From the human T2T-CHM13v2.0 reference genome, Homo sapiens: a stretch of 64,000 nucleotides of DNA. The notes beneath the pieces are model-generated. The model was not told the DNA's origin and ran no database searches. It worked only from the letters and a program-made list of their open reading frames with translations. Location: the NCBI RefSeq assembly GCF_009914755.1, contig NC_060930.1; one strand, written 5' to 3'. Position 1 is the stretch's first letter. The number at the start of each line of letters is the position of its first letter. Of the stretch, positions 12,631 through 24,507 are shown piece by piece. The translations under genes and the position numbers were made by a program.

Positions 12631-14559
12631 TGCCAAGAATGACTTTAAGAAAACATGGCTGCCGGTAAGCAACAGAAATATGAAGAAAGAGCCACCACTA
12701 CTAACTCTACGCGGACAGAAATGGTTCCGGAGATCGATGAGGCTCTGATGACGAAGGGGCACCTGCGTCAGGATGGGTCTCACGTTTCCAGCCAGAGAGG
12801 AAGGAGGAGGCTGAGTGGCTGCACAGAGGAGAGGCCCGCAGAGGGGAGAGTCTCCTCTCCGACGCACTGGGTCTGCGGCATGGCTGACCAGGTGCCCTAA
12901 TGCAGGAGGCATCGGAAACTGTGGGCTCAAAGCTAAGCTACGAGCGGGGTATTGAAGATACAGAGTAAGAGTTCGCTGCGCAAGTTTGATAGTCGAGGGG
13001 AAAAAGTTAGATCGGGTTATTGGAGTTACAAGGAGAGAGGGACAGCGCAAGGATTCCAGTACTGGAGAATGTCTAGTTTACTGTAGCCAAGATGTTGTAT
13101 TTTAGGGCATAATCTAAAATGCTCCCTTGACTCCCCCACCCCATGGAAGATCTCAGGTTGAGCGGCCCTGCTGGCCCCACATGAGGTCCTCTGTGAGCAC
13201 CAGCTCCTCTTCTCCTCTCCTTCCCTCTGTGATAGTGAAGCTCTCTATTGTGGGAGTTGGTCATATTAGGGGCAGGCCCAGCTCCCCCAGATGTCACCTC
13301 TCTGCCTTCTGAGTATCAAATCAGAGTCTCCTTCTCCCTAAGCCTCCCAAACTGTGGGGACTTACGTGTGAGTGTCATTTCAGTTTTTGTATGACTATAG
13401 ATACGTGAAAAAGGAATATTTGATTGATAAAATCTGATTGTCTTTAAAAATTGTCCTGACCTCCCTCCTCCCGACCCCTGTGGGAACCCACCACTTAACC
13501 ATGCAAGGGCCTGACTCATCGAGCATCACAGCTTGGGGAAGAAATGCCAGCCGTGAGCCGGAGAAACAAAAATGAGGGCCTGTCCCTAAAATGCAGGATC
13601 TAAGGGACTTGAACTGGAGGGAAATCAGGCAGCACCTCACGGAATCCAGGCTCACAGAAAGTCAGTTTCAATTAGAATTTAAAACATCCCTCTTTGTGCT
13701 GCAACTCTTAAGGCTACTGACAAGGTGACAGGACCACACTTTGTACAGGATACAAGCATATTCCCAATGGGTGGACAAAACGACCCCATATCCCGTCTAC
13801 ACCAAGGAGCTGCACCTGCGCCTTGTGTAGCCAGATGCAATTTTCTATTGTCGGAGAATCTACTTTAAGTCGTTCTTCAGCAAATTCTTCCAAAGTACTG
13901 TTTTCTTTCCTCAATTTCTGGCCTAGCAAGCGTAGAAAGAAAACAAAAGGAATGTAAAATGTTCTTGGTTGACTTTACACTTAATTACTGAAATGCAAAC
14001 AGAGAAAATTAAAATCAAACAGGTGCAAAAAATTCTTCTAGAGCCTTGCACACAATTCCAGTTCTTGAAATCGTTCATAAAGCAAAGCGAATGAAATAAA
14101 CAAAGGCGTGGCTGGACGGATGTGCATTGTACTGTGCTGATGGTACTAAGTTGCTCACTGCATCTCTCGTTCCACGGCCTCCGGGCTCACCCCCAGAAGC
14201 CTGTTCCTGAGCTGATTGGGGTTCTGGGCCAGGGGTCTCGAGGAGTGAGGCTCAAGCTCAGGAGGACAAAAAGCAACCACCTGGAAAGTGGCAAAATCTG
14301 TAAAATATAAAATCTGAGTGGTCTCAGGAGCAAACGCTGTGTCCAGAGCCTCATGTCCGGAGGTCCAGCCCGGCCTCCTGGCTGAGCCTTCCCACCCTGA
14401 CACCCCGAGACCGTCCCAGCCTGGCTGGGGTCAGTTTGTGCTGTTATCACCTGGCATCTGCTCGACAAGCTTTGGAAATGAAGTTTCTGTTTTAGATGAC
14501 AGAAAAGTCGTAGGACTAACCCAGTTCCCACATTCCCTACGCTCTCAGCTTCCCTGCTA

Positions 14560-14990
14560 ACAGCTTATTTGTATAAAACACTTGTGGCTGTTGAACTAAT
14601 ATTTACACACTGATATTAACTGAAGTCCACACTGGATTCGGATCTCCTCGGTTTTTGCCCAATGTCCTTTTTCTGTCCCAGGGTCCTGTCCAGGCTCCCA
14701 CACGACGCTTAACACCACGTCTTCTTGGGCTCCTCTAGGCTGTGACCGTTTCTCAGACGTTCCTGGTTTCTAATGACCTTGGCTGTTTGGAGGAGGGTTT
14801 TGTCTGATGTTTTTTCTCAAGATCGGACTGGGGCTGTGGGTTTCGGGGAGGAGGACCCCAAAGATGAGCTCTATGCCTGTCACAGGCAGTCAAGGGCAGT
14901 GCTGTCGATGTGACTTGTCACTGACCATGCTGACCTTGTCCACCTGGTGGAGGTCATGCCCGCCAAGCTTCCCCTCCGCACACTGCTCTC
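14560..14990 (-). mobile_element. Old L1 3' UTR fragment (L1MC/L1MD-type)
   Basis: AATGTCCTTTTTCTGTCCCAGG..GGCTGTGACCGTTTCTCAGAC..TTTGTCTGATGTTTTTTCTCA..TGACCTTGTCCACCTGG matches the remembered antisense L1MC 3' end. Confidence 0.75.
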
Positions 14991-15439
14991 TTTAAAAGGA
15001 AGTCACACGCACCACACACACAGGAGCATGACGGAGCGGGGCTAATTCTCCACCTCCCAGGGCGTGTGCCCCGTAATCTTCGATGGACACCAGTTCCAGG
15101 GCCCGCACCAGGGAAGAGCTCAGGTCCTGGAGGCCCTGAGACCTGCCCCTCGGTAGATGCTTCATAGTAACCCAGGCCTTCACTGCACCTGTGTCTGGAG
15201 AAAAGCTCCAACCACCTGTCCTCACTGCCCGAGCAGCTATGCCCTGTCTGAGCCTGGGCAGCTGCCCAACAGGCCTGAGGCTGGCTGGACCATCTCCTGT
15301 GAGCACTCAGGGCCTTGGTCTTACGCTGCTGAGGCCTGGGTCCAAGGGGCCGCGTAGGGCTGACTGAAGGCAGACGACCCTCCCAGCACGGCTGTCTTCC
15401 ACATTGGCATGCAGTCTACTTCATTTATTTCTCAGAAAA

Positions 15440-15595
15440 ACGACACAGGTATTATTATTATTATTACACTCATTTTAGAGATGAAAGCTGTGGCTAAAGA
15501 GGGGAAGCCATGGCACAGGGCTGTGCAGCTTGGGGGTGGAGTAGGAGGGATTGAAAGCCAGACACTTCCCATCCCAAAGTCTGTACCCTTCACCC
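15440..15595 (-). mobile_element. MIR SINE fragment
   Basis: ATTATTACACTCATTTTAGAGATGAAAGCTGTGGCTAAAGAGG resembles the antisense MIR core. Confidence 0.65.
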
Positions 15596-16201
15596 TTGAG
15601 CTCCAGGGTGTGCCTTGACCACAGCCCCACATGAGGCCTGGGGACTGGGACTCCCTTCCCTTGGCCTGATGGGCTTCTCTGGATTCTAAAGCCCCAGTGA
15701 GGCTGCCGTCCTTGTCCGCCCAGTTCCCACTGGCACCTGGTTCAGTTCTCCAGGTGTGAAGCATCGGCCCTGCCCTGCACAGGTGTGTGGTGGTCTCCCA
15801 TTGTGGGAACTACTAGATTCACAACAGATGCTGAAAATGCCAATACAGTCATTTATATTTTACTTTCTTAGAAGCCTCCTCTACTACAAAAGAGTAGCTC
15901 GTACTTCTTTGTTTTAGGACCGTGCGCACCTGGGCCCAGGCTGTGTTGAGAGGTAGCCAGCAAGTTTGACTATGTCAGCCTTATATCTAGCCTGGGGAAA
16001 CAATACCCCGGCTGACACAGGTCTCTGGATTTTAAGAGTATTCAGCAATGCTCATGGAAAACCTCAAGGCATCCTACACTGCACCCTTCCTAAATATGCA
16101 TTGGGAGTATCTGTGGCCTTATTGTTTACTGGCCTCAAGAACTGTGTTACTTGGGAAAGCGATTACACTTCCTGGTGCGCCTTCTCATTTGCACAAGGAC
16201 G

Positions 16202-16771
16202 TGCAGTAAAGGGTTGACTCAGCAGGCTTGGGGTGTCCAAACCCTGCACGTTCAGAGGAAGGTCTGGCCCTGTCCTTCCCAGAGGATACCCTTTGAGCCC
16301 TTGGATTATCTTGCTTGATAAGAGTGTCTTTGTTTACCAGCGACCTCCATCCATGGCCAAGAGTTCATGGAGTTCATGTTAACAGTGATTTGTGTGCAGC
16401 CTAGAGCCACGCTACATCAGTGTGACCTCTGGGATAGCTGGACTAGGTGACTAGGATTAGCCAGCGGGATGATGCAGGCCTATGTGACCCGCTCCCAGGA
16501 GAAGCCCTGGATCCCAAGGCTCGGGGGCTTCCCTGGCAGGTGGTGCTGTGTGCACACTGGCACAGTCGTTGCTGTGAGAATGAAGTGCATTCGTGGCTCC
16601 CTCAGGACAGGACAGTGGGCAGCTCACAGCTGGTCTCTCCTAGACTCTGTCCCAAGTACGTTTTCCCTTTGCGGATTTTAATCTATGTCCTTTTCTGTAA
16701 TAAATGGTAAGGTTCTGTGAATCCTTCTAGTGGATCATTGACCCTGAGGGTTGTTGGAGGAGTCAGATACA
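16202..16771 (+). mobile_element. ERVL solo LTR, MER21-like (MER21C), probably inserted in a MIR
   Basis: TG..CA ends; starts TGCAGTAAAGGGTTGACTCAGCAGGCTTGGGGTGTCCAAACCCTGCAC; AATAAA near 16700; MIR-like sequence on both flanks. Confidence 0.75.
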
Positions 16772-18049
16772 AAGGGGATAAGGACACCTGCCCTGGCTGC
16801 CTCAGAGGGGCTGTGGGGAGCTGAGATCCAGCCATCACAGTGGGGCCATACAAGTCCGGGGGTTCTTATGATGCAGAATTCTAGTGAGGCAAACAGAACT
16901 TTCAGAGTAAATAAAGGAGGGGTGTCCTTCACTTCCAGCGTCTTGTGGTCTGCCGAAAGCTACGTACCCTCTCCGTGGAAGATGCAGGGGCAGGGTCTCC
17001 CATCCACAGCAGGCACACAGACGCCCAAAGGCCCTGGGTGCAAAGCTCTGAATTAGGAACAGGTTCCCTGCTGGGAGAGCCCCATACTGCCTTAGTCTTC
17101 TCAGGATCCCTGATACAATTTAGGGTGGGGATGTGGGAAGCTGGCTTCAGGGTCAGACCCGAAGACAAGTAGCTGACCTGGGGGTTGAGCCAGGACTCCC
17201 ACCTAGGCCCTTCTCCAAGGGGCTTTACCAAAACCAGCCCCATGTCCTATATATAGACGTGACTTTTGTGAACACACACACATATCCTCTTCATATGCAC
17301 ATGTGTTTATGTAAAAGAAATGTATGTTTATATGCCAAGGTGACTTAAAAATCATAAAGTGCTGTACAAAGATGTTATTTACGGTGTGATGAGGGTAAGG
17401 TTTGGATTCCATGCTGTTTGTAACTATGTCAGTTGGAGTTCTTCCTGGGATAAAGGAGGGCGGGCGGTCAGCACTGTTCCTGTTTTGTGAATCAAGGACC
17501 TTCGTTCAAGCACTCCTTACTGGACACCCGTGTCCCCATCCTCGCTAATACACCGACCAGCCACACATACTACACCACAGAGTCCCTGTGTCGCACCAGC
17601 CCTGCAGGCACCTGTTTCTTGGTGCCGAGCGTCTTTCACGAGTGTGAACCCATCTGATGTTAGTCCCCAGTAGGGAAAATGCCCATGGGAAACGGGGTGT
17701 CGGGGGAGCCCAAGCCTGTGGCCCGGACATTCTGCGCAGTGAGTTGCTGCCAGTCCATGATGCGCTGATGCAAGTCATAGCTGCTCAGCACGACTCTGCC
17801 CAGATTCCGTTTATTATCCTACTAAATAATTATTTTCATTGTCTTCATCTTTTCATGGCGATGTTGATGTCTTTCTATTAAAATCTAAAGAACGCTCTCT
17901 CCACGGGGCAGACTTTGTCATTTATAAGCTAACTGGTGAGAAATCGAAGAGGAAAAGGCAATCACATAAATGCCTTTGGAAGACCGCAATCCTGGTGCAC
18001 TCAATTAAAACTTGGTGGGAAGGGAAGCAAGGACGTTTGAGAAGGTGAG

Positions 18050-18250
18050 AGGCAGGACTCTGATTCAGAAACCTGTGCTCAGGCCTGGGTCCCTCTCATT
18101 GGCTGGGGGTCTTGGAGAAGACACGGCCTCTCTCTGAGCTCAGTTCCTGCATCTGCAGAGACCATGATCCATCAGCCTTTTGATAGGAAGAGTGGATGGG
18201 GGTCCCATGTGACAGCGTGCAGGACACTCCAGAACGCTGCATATTTCTCT
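18050..18250 (+). mobile_element. MIR fragment
   Basis: CCTCTCTCTGAGCTCAGTTCCTGCATCTGCA resembles the MIR core. Confidence 0.5.
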
Positions 18251-18591
18251 GCATTTTGTGTGTATGACAAGCCATGTGGGGTTATTATTTCCATCAAACA
18301 CTAGACAAAATCCATTCTGCCCGATTCTATCCAGTTGTTGCCTTCCTAGAAACACAGGAATAACCTGCAGCACCATCCCCTTCCGTTCTGTGGCATTGAC
18401 ACAATTCAGGAATCTACTTTTGTGCTTTTACACATTGAACTGACAGGTGACATCAGGCATCGACTGTCACAGGGGCCAGTGGAGAGGTGGCAGGGACGCC
18501 CACATTCGATGAATCCTGCATCACGGTGTTGGACTTCTTGTTTTTGACACTAAACTTGTTCACATTCGATAACTTGAGCACGAATAAAGGC

Positions 18592-18790
18592 AGCTCACAG
18601 CAATAACGCCTGATGGGCACGGGCCCTGTGCTATGCTCTAAACACTGCTCCTGTCACCCCTCCAAGACATGGGTCCCGCATTTTACAAACATGAATTCTG
18701 AAGACAACGAATAACTGATCTTGCCCAGCTCAGTTGGGCCCTAGCCCCATGCCTGGGGCCGGGATGTGGGTCGTGTTTGGAGCCTGTTGC
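18592..18790 (-). mobile_element. MIR fragment
   Basis: CCCTGTGCTATGCTCTA..CCCGCATTTTACAAACATGAATTCTGAAG..CTTGCCCA. Confidence 0.55.
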
Positions 18791-19473
18791 AGATGCGGAT
18801 TTGTCTGCTTCACGCAAGATGCTCTGATGTACTCTGTGTGGCCTGGAACTGAGAAACCTGTGCTGGACCCAGCGCCTGCAGATGCTGCACCAGGGTAGCT
18901 GTTTTCCAGGGGTCAGGAGACATGCTCCGGAGGCTCCAGAGGCACAGACGGCCCCTCTCCATACACAGCACCACCTGGGAACTGGTTGGAGATGTGCACA
19001 GGCAGACTCCAGCCGGGGGGACATTGAAGTCCAGCAGCGGCAGACCGCGGCTGTTTTTCAGGCAGTTACCTGATTCCTATGATCTAGGAAGTTGGGGAGA
19101 AAAGAAAACTTGCTTACTTCATAATGTTTCCCACAGCATGCAAAAAATCTGACTTGAGAGACAGGATCTCATGCCGTCAGCACGCAGAAAGTTATAGGAT
19201 TGACGCCTTTTCCTTTGCTAATGCGTCAGGGTGGGATTGCACTAAAATCAGGTACAAAAACACACATGAGTTTTCGAGAGAAGAGTCTGGGAAAAGGCAG
19301 CCCTTGTGACCTCCTCCAAATTGCTGCTATAAAGTGTTTAGTGAGCATCATTTCCCGACCTTTAGCTGATGAAATTCGTGTTGGGGGCAATTGGCAGGAG
19401 CTGGTAGGAACCCGTGTTTACCCAGTGTGACCAGGTGGGGCTGTGCTTTATGGAAAGCAATACAGGTGGCCGG

Positions 19474-19550
19474 CTCAGGAAGGCTGCAGCCAACAGCCAG
19501 GCAAGTGGCGCACGTGACCCACTCAGGAAGGCTGCAGCCAGCAGCCAGGC
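19474..19550. repeat. 29-bp direct repeat (1 mismatch) flanking a CACGTGAC E-box
   Basis: CTCAGGAAGGCTGCAGCCA(A/G)CAGCCAGGC at 19474 and 19522; CACGTG at 19511-19516. Confidence 0.85.
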
Positions 19551-20079
19551 CTCTGCACACAGGGAGCCACAGTCGGCTGCCCTCACAGCAGCACTTACTC
19601 ACTTCCCCTCGAACATGCTGGCTCTGCCTGGAGTCCACCTCCGGACTGCGGAGTCTGTGCTATCTCTGTCCCGGGGACATGCCAGGGCACTCTGTTCCGA
19701 GAGAGACCCCTGCCTTTGGGGGACTCCTCACCACGGCCTCGCTGCAGGCTTCACCTCACATGAGCGTTTGTCATGGGAACTTCCCAGTCCTCAGTTCTGC
19801 TGCATCCTGGTGGGGGAGAGAGGGAGACTCACAGAACCCGTCAGGGATGGGGACGGGCAGAGGGAAGTGAGGCTTAGTTGAGCATGGGTTTCCTTCTGGA
19901 GAAGGAGGAACCGGAGGGGCATTTATCAATTCTAAGTCACTGGGATTCTGGCATCATTGGTGAGGGCTGGCCCAGGAGCGCGGTGAGAAGGTGAGGGGAC
20001 ATTATTAACATTGCTGCCGGTTTACCCCTAATTGTTTAAGCTTTTTATTGACTTCTGTGCTCTTTCATTTTACCGCACA

Positions 20080-20835
20080 TGCTAGAATGGCTCACACACC
20101 TCCCCTCTCCATGTCCTCCCTCGGCTAGGGGGCCTGCAATTGTGAGCGTGGGGAGCATACCCCTCACCTCCTAATGTTTGGCCAATGGGCTGTGCTGGCC
20201 TGAGAGGGGAGGGCCAGAAACGAGCCAGCACAAGCAGGTCAACCTTTCCTGTTGTTGAGCACACCACAAGGAGGTCATGCCCCAGACAGCTGCTGTCCCT
20301 TCCGGGTGGGTCCGGACGAGACGTGGAGAAACCTGAGCCCAGCCTGGGGTCTGGGGCTCCTGACCCACAGCCTGAGGCCACGCTGTCCAGTCAACCCACT
20401 GAGCCAGGTGAGAAAGAGAAGGGCCAATTGTCACCAGCCGCTATGAGTCTGAGGTTGTGTGTTATGCGTGAGCCTGAGGTTGCGTGTTATGCGTGAGCCT
20501 GAGGCTGCGTGTTATGCGTGAGCCTGAGGCTGCGTGTTATGCGTGAGCCTGAGGCTGCGTGTTATGCGTGAGCCTGAGGCTGCGTGTTATGCGTGAGCCT
20601 GAGGCTGCGTGTTATGCGTGAGCCTGAGGCTGCGTGTTATGTGTGAGCCTGAGGCTGTGTGTTATGTGTGAGCCTGAGGTTGTGTGTTATGTGTGAGCCT
20701 GAGGTTGTGTGTTATGTGTGAGTCTGAGGTTGTGTGTTATGTGTGAGCCTGAGGTTGTGTGTTATGTGTGAGTCTGAGGTTGTGTGTTATGTGTGAGCCT
20801 GAGGTTGTGTGTTATGCAGCACACAACTGACTAAG
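20080..20835 (+). mobile_element. Old MaLR LTR (MLT1H/I/J-like) whose 3' end contains the 25-bp VNTR
   Basis: CATGCCCCAGACAGCTGCTGTCCCTTC..GAGACGTGGAGAAACCTGAGCCCAGCC, and the terminal GTTATGCAGCACACAACTGACTAA resembles an MLT1 3' end; 5' boundary uncertain. Confidence 0.55.
20444..20818. repeat. VNTR, exact 25-bp period, 15 copies (TGAGCCTGAGGYTGYGTGTTATGYG)
   Basis: Units start every 25 nt from 20444 to 20794. Confidence 0.98.
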
Positions 20836-22043
20836 GCTTGTGGTAAATGCACTGACTTGGAACAAAATTCAAAATGTACAAAGGGAATTACAGTGACATA
20901 TCTCCCCAACCCTGTCCTTCAGCCTCCCAGCTCAACTGTCCCAATATTATTACAATACTGGGAAGGTATATAATAACAATCCTTAATTGTTCTAGGTGTA
21001 TATAATTAGAAAGAAAGATATTTTTAAAATAATGGAACTAGTGCCATCCCTACAAAGGATTGCAAAATAGTATGGTCAGAAGTCCATAGTGGCTCAAAAT
21101 TCAATACGTAACTATCTGAAAATCCCCCCATCCCATATCTGGCCAGTCTTTCTATTTTCAGGAATGAAAAGGAAAGAAGAAGGAAGGAGGGAGGGAGGGA
21201 AAAGAAGAGAAACAATTATGGCATAAGACAGATGGGGACTCCGCTTTGCGCCTGTAGGAGAAATGCATGGACATTACCACTTCAGATGAGGATTCCAGAT
21301 CCTGCTTTTTGGTGACAACCAAATCCTCCGTCTGGTTAAATGCTAAGCAGTTCACCTCTGTTGGATAAATGGACCCCTGTGCTCAATTTGTACCTGATAA
21401 TTCAATGCAGTCAATTCCTCCTTTCTCCCCAGCAGAGGTGCTTGGGGGCGTGACGCAGGTGAGCTGCTGGGGACACAGTGGGAGGCAGCCTTCCAGGCCC
21501 TGCTGCCTCTAACGCTCATGACCACTTTCCAGTTTTTGTCCCTGTGACTGCTGCTTCCAGGCTGCCCCTCTGCTCCCCAAGATGCACACTCACTTCTCTC
21601 TTTGTGCCTCATGTTTTTATAGATCTGAGAATCATTTTTGAAATTGTAGCCTGGAGGATTTGTCCCTAGTTGTTCCCGCCTGTCTAGCTACAGAAAGACA
21701 CTATGGAATGACTAAAATAAAATCTGCAGGGGTAGAAGGAAAAGGTGGAATGTGCAGTGGGCATATGGCACTTCCAAACTCGTGAACAGTTCCAGGCAGA
21801 GTGGAGGGAGGGAGGGGCATCATCCCAGGATGGTCAACGCTGCTGGGCTGTCCCCTGGCACCACAAGCAGTCCCTCATCAAAACCAGGCAAAGCAACCAT
21901 GCACACACCGAGAAGACCACAAAGAGAGCAGCACAGTTCAGGGTGGATGGAGTGCTCTCCTGGGGGACATCGGCAGGCTCCATAGGTCTTGGTCATGCTG
22001 GTCCGTCTCTCAGGTTGGTCATGGAGCTCATGGTGCTCATCCT

Positions 22044-22468
22044 TATCTTAGTCCCTTAGTGTTGCTGTAAAGGAACACCTGAAGCTGCAGGGAAACTTAT
22101 AAAGAAAGGAGGTTTATTTGGCTCACGTGTCTGCAGGCTTTACCAGGCTCATGGTGTCAGTGTCAGCTTCTGGGGAGGCCTCAGGAAGCTTCCACTCACT
22201 TTGGAAGAGGAAGGGGAGTTGGCGTGCGCAGATCACATGGTGAGAGAGGAAACGAGACAGGGAGGAGGTGCCAGGCTCTTCTTAAGAATCAGTTCTCACG
22301 GGAACTAATAAAGTATGAACTCACTCATCACCACAAGGACAGGCACCAAGCCATTCACAGGGGATCTACCCCTGTGACCCAAACACCTTCTATCGGGCCC
22401 CGCCTCCAACACTAGGGTTCAAATTTCAACTTGAGATTTGGAGGGAAAAGCACCCAAACTGTGTTACA
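22044..22468 (-). mobile_element. MaLR solo LTR, MSTB-like
   Basis: TATCTTAGTCC..GGTTTATTTGGCTCAC..GAGGCCTCAGGAAGCTTCCACTCA..AAATTTCAACTTGAGATTTGGAGGG..CAAACT. Confidence 0.88.
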
Positions 22469-23088
22469 AAGCATGTCCCAAACACAGCAATCCTCCCATC
22501 ATTCTTTAAGTGTCTCATGCAGCCACCCTTTCATGTCGGGCTACGTTCCCCCTAGGGCTGTGGCATCTGGGTGGGCTGGGGCACCTGGTCCATTTGCCTG
22601 CTCACAGAGCATTCCTGTCCCCGCTGGTCCCTGCAGGTCATTTCTCGTGGTGACTGGAGAAAGCTCTCTACAGAAACGCCTGTCATCCATGCCTTCACCT
22701 ACGCGAGAGCATCCTCTGCTCCCTAGACCACACCAGGACAGTTCTGCACGGACCTAAGGAGCTCACAGCCCAGCCCCCTCCCCGGGGAAATCTCTGCACT
22801 CCGGACTGGTAATTTCCAGGGCATGGTCTGCCTTTCTCAGCTTCGTGGGAAGCACCTTTGGTTCAGCCTCGCTGGTGAGGGTGGAGGCTGCCTCCCGTCC
22901 CCTCCTTGTTCACCAGCAGGCGTCAGCAGGGCTGCTATTGGACCCCTTTAGACCAAGGCGCAACCTGGCTCCTCTGTTCTCAACAGGATCAGAAATGTCA
23001 CGCAGGTCGTATCTGGAGTGGTTCTCTTTTTCCCTTTTGTGGAGGGTTAGAGTGGTATTCACACCTAGGCACGTCTACGTCTGAAATC

Positions 23089-23435
23089 TGTGATAGACTG
23101 AATGTGTCTCCCTCCCAAATTCAAGTGCTAACCCTCGGACCCCAGAATGTGATTGCATTTGGAGACAGGGCCTTTAAGGAGGTGATCGAGTTAAATGAGG
23201 TCATATGTGTCCCCTAATCCATCGTGACTGGTCCTTATTAGAGGAGATGAGGACACTGACACATGGGACGACGGCCACAGGAGGACACAGGGGAAGACGG
23301 CTGTCTACACAGCAAGGAGAGAGTCTGCAGGGGACACCAGTCCCGCCAATACCTTGACCCTGGACTTCCAGCCTCCAGGACTGAGAGAGAACAGCTGAAC
23401 AGATTCAGAGGTCCACTACGTGGCACGTAGCAGCC
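23089..23435 (+). mobile_element. MaLR solo LTR, MLT1A0-like
   Basis: TGTGATAGACTGAATGTGTCTCCCTCCCAAATTCA..TTTGGAGACAGGGCCTTTAAGGAGGTGAT..TGGACTTCCAGCCTCCAGGACTG. Confidence 0.85.
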
Positions 23436-23490
23436 ATTCATTCACTCACTGTGCCTGCTCCCTTGAGCCTGGCTGTAATCTGGCTGATAA

Positions 23491-24200
23491 CATTCATTCA
23501 TTCATTCATTCATTCATTCATCAGGTATTTCCTGTGGGCCTACCATGTGCCAGGCATGGGCTAGGTTGGTTCTGGGGTAAAAATGGTCCTTTGCCCAAGC
23601 TACTGATGGAATCACAGAGACGATGGGGAAAATCAGTGAGTAAACAAGCTGAAGACGGAAGGCAGAGACTCGGAGCAGAGCCCGACCATTCTGCTGGTGT
23701 GGGGAGAGGGTGGAAGCCTTGTCCAGGGAGGTGGAGAGGCCACAGCAGGAGAAGCATGCCCAGGCTGAGACCAGAAGGATGAGAGGGACCAGAAGGAGGA
23801 AGAGCTGGACTGGGACAGGGTGAGGTTGTGGTCGGCTTAAGTGGCTGCCAGTGGCTCAGTTCATCTGCAGAAAGCAGCAGGGAGAAGGGTGAAAGGAGAC
23901 TGGGGATGGAGAATCAGGGCCACCCCTTACAACCCTGTCTTAGGGTGTGGCCTTGGTCCACGGGGAGCAGGAAGTCAGGAGCGGTGTCAGGCAGGAGGGC
24001 AGTGGGCGTAGGTTCCTTGTGACCTGTGAGCAGAGAGGGGCTGAAAGCCGGGCCTGGTCCATGCTAAGGGGTGCGAAGGGGAGAGCATTTTCCACCAGGG
24101 CTCAGGTGGTGTCATCAGGGATGGGGCAGGGGCAGCGGCAGGGCCCTGAGAGCTGTGCCACTTCGTGATGCCACTGCGACCCTTGCCACTGTGTTTCAGG
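23491..24200 (-). mobile_element. L2 LINE 3' fragment with (CATT)n tail
   Basis: (CATT)7 at 23491, then CCTACCATGTGCCAGGCATGGGCTAGG; right boundary approximate. Confidence 0.65.
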
Positions 24201-24253
24201 GGTGCAATGCTGCAGGTGAAATTGATGCAGACCCAGGCTTCAGACCTGTTCTC

Positions 24254-24507
24254 CTAGACTGCAGTGGTGCGATGACAGCTCACTGCAGCCTTGACCTCTG
24301 GGTTCAAGAGATCCTCCTGCCTCAGCCTCCCAAGTAGCTGGCACACGCCACCACACCTGGCTATTTTCTTTTAATTTTTTATTTGTTTGTAGGGACAGGG
24401 TCTCACCATGTTGCCCAGGCTGGTCTCCAACTCCTGGGCTCAAGCGAATCTCCCACTTCAGCCTCCCACAGTGCTGGGATTACAGGTGTGAGCCACCATG
24501 CCTGGCC
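24254..24507 (-). mobile_element. AluJ-type SINE lacking its 3' end and poly-A tail
   Basis: TGCAGTGGTGCGATGACAGCTCACTGCAGCCTTGACCTC ... GTGAGCCACCATGCCTGGCC, with no upstream poly-T. Confidence 0.92.

Noticed and set aside
19498-20132. CTCF-like strings CAGGCAAGTGGCGC (about 19498) and CGGCTAGGGGGC (about 20122)
   Set aside because: Both mismatch the conserved 5' CC of the core and are too weak to call without a PWM scan or ChIP data.
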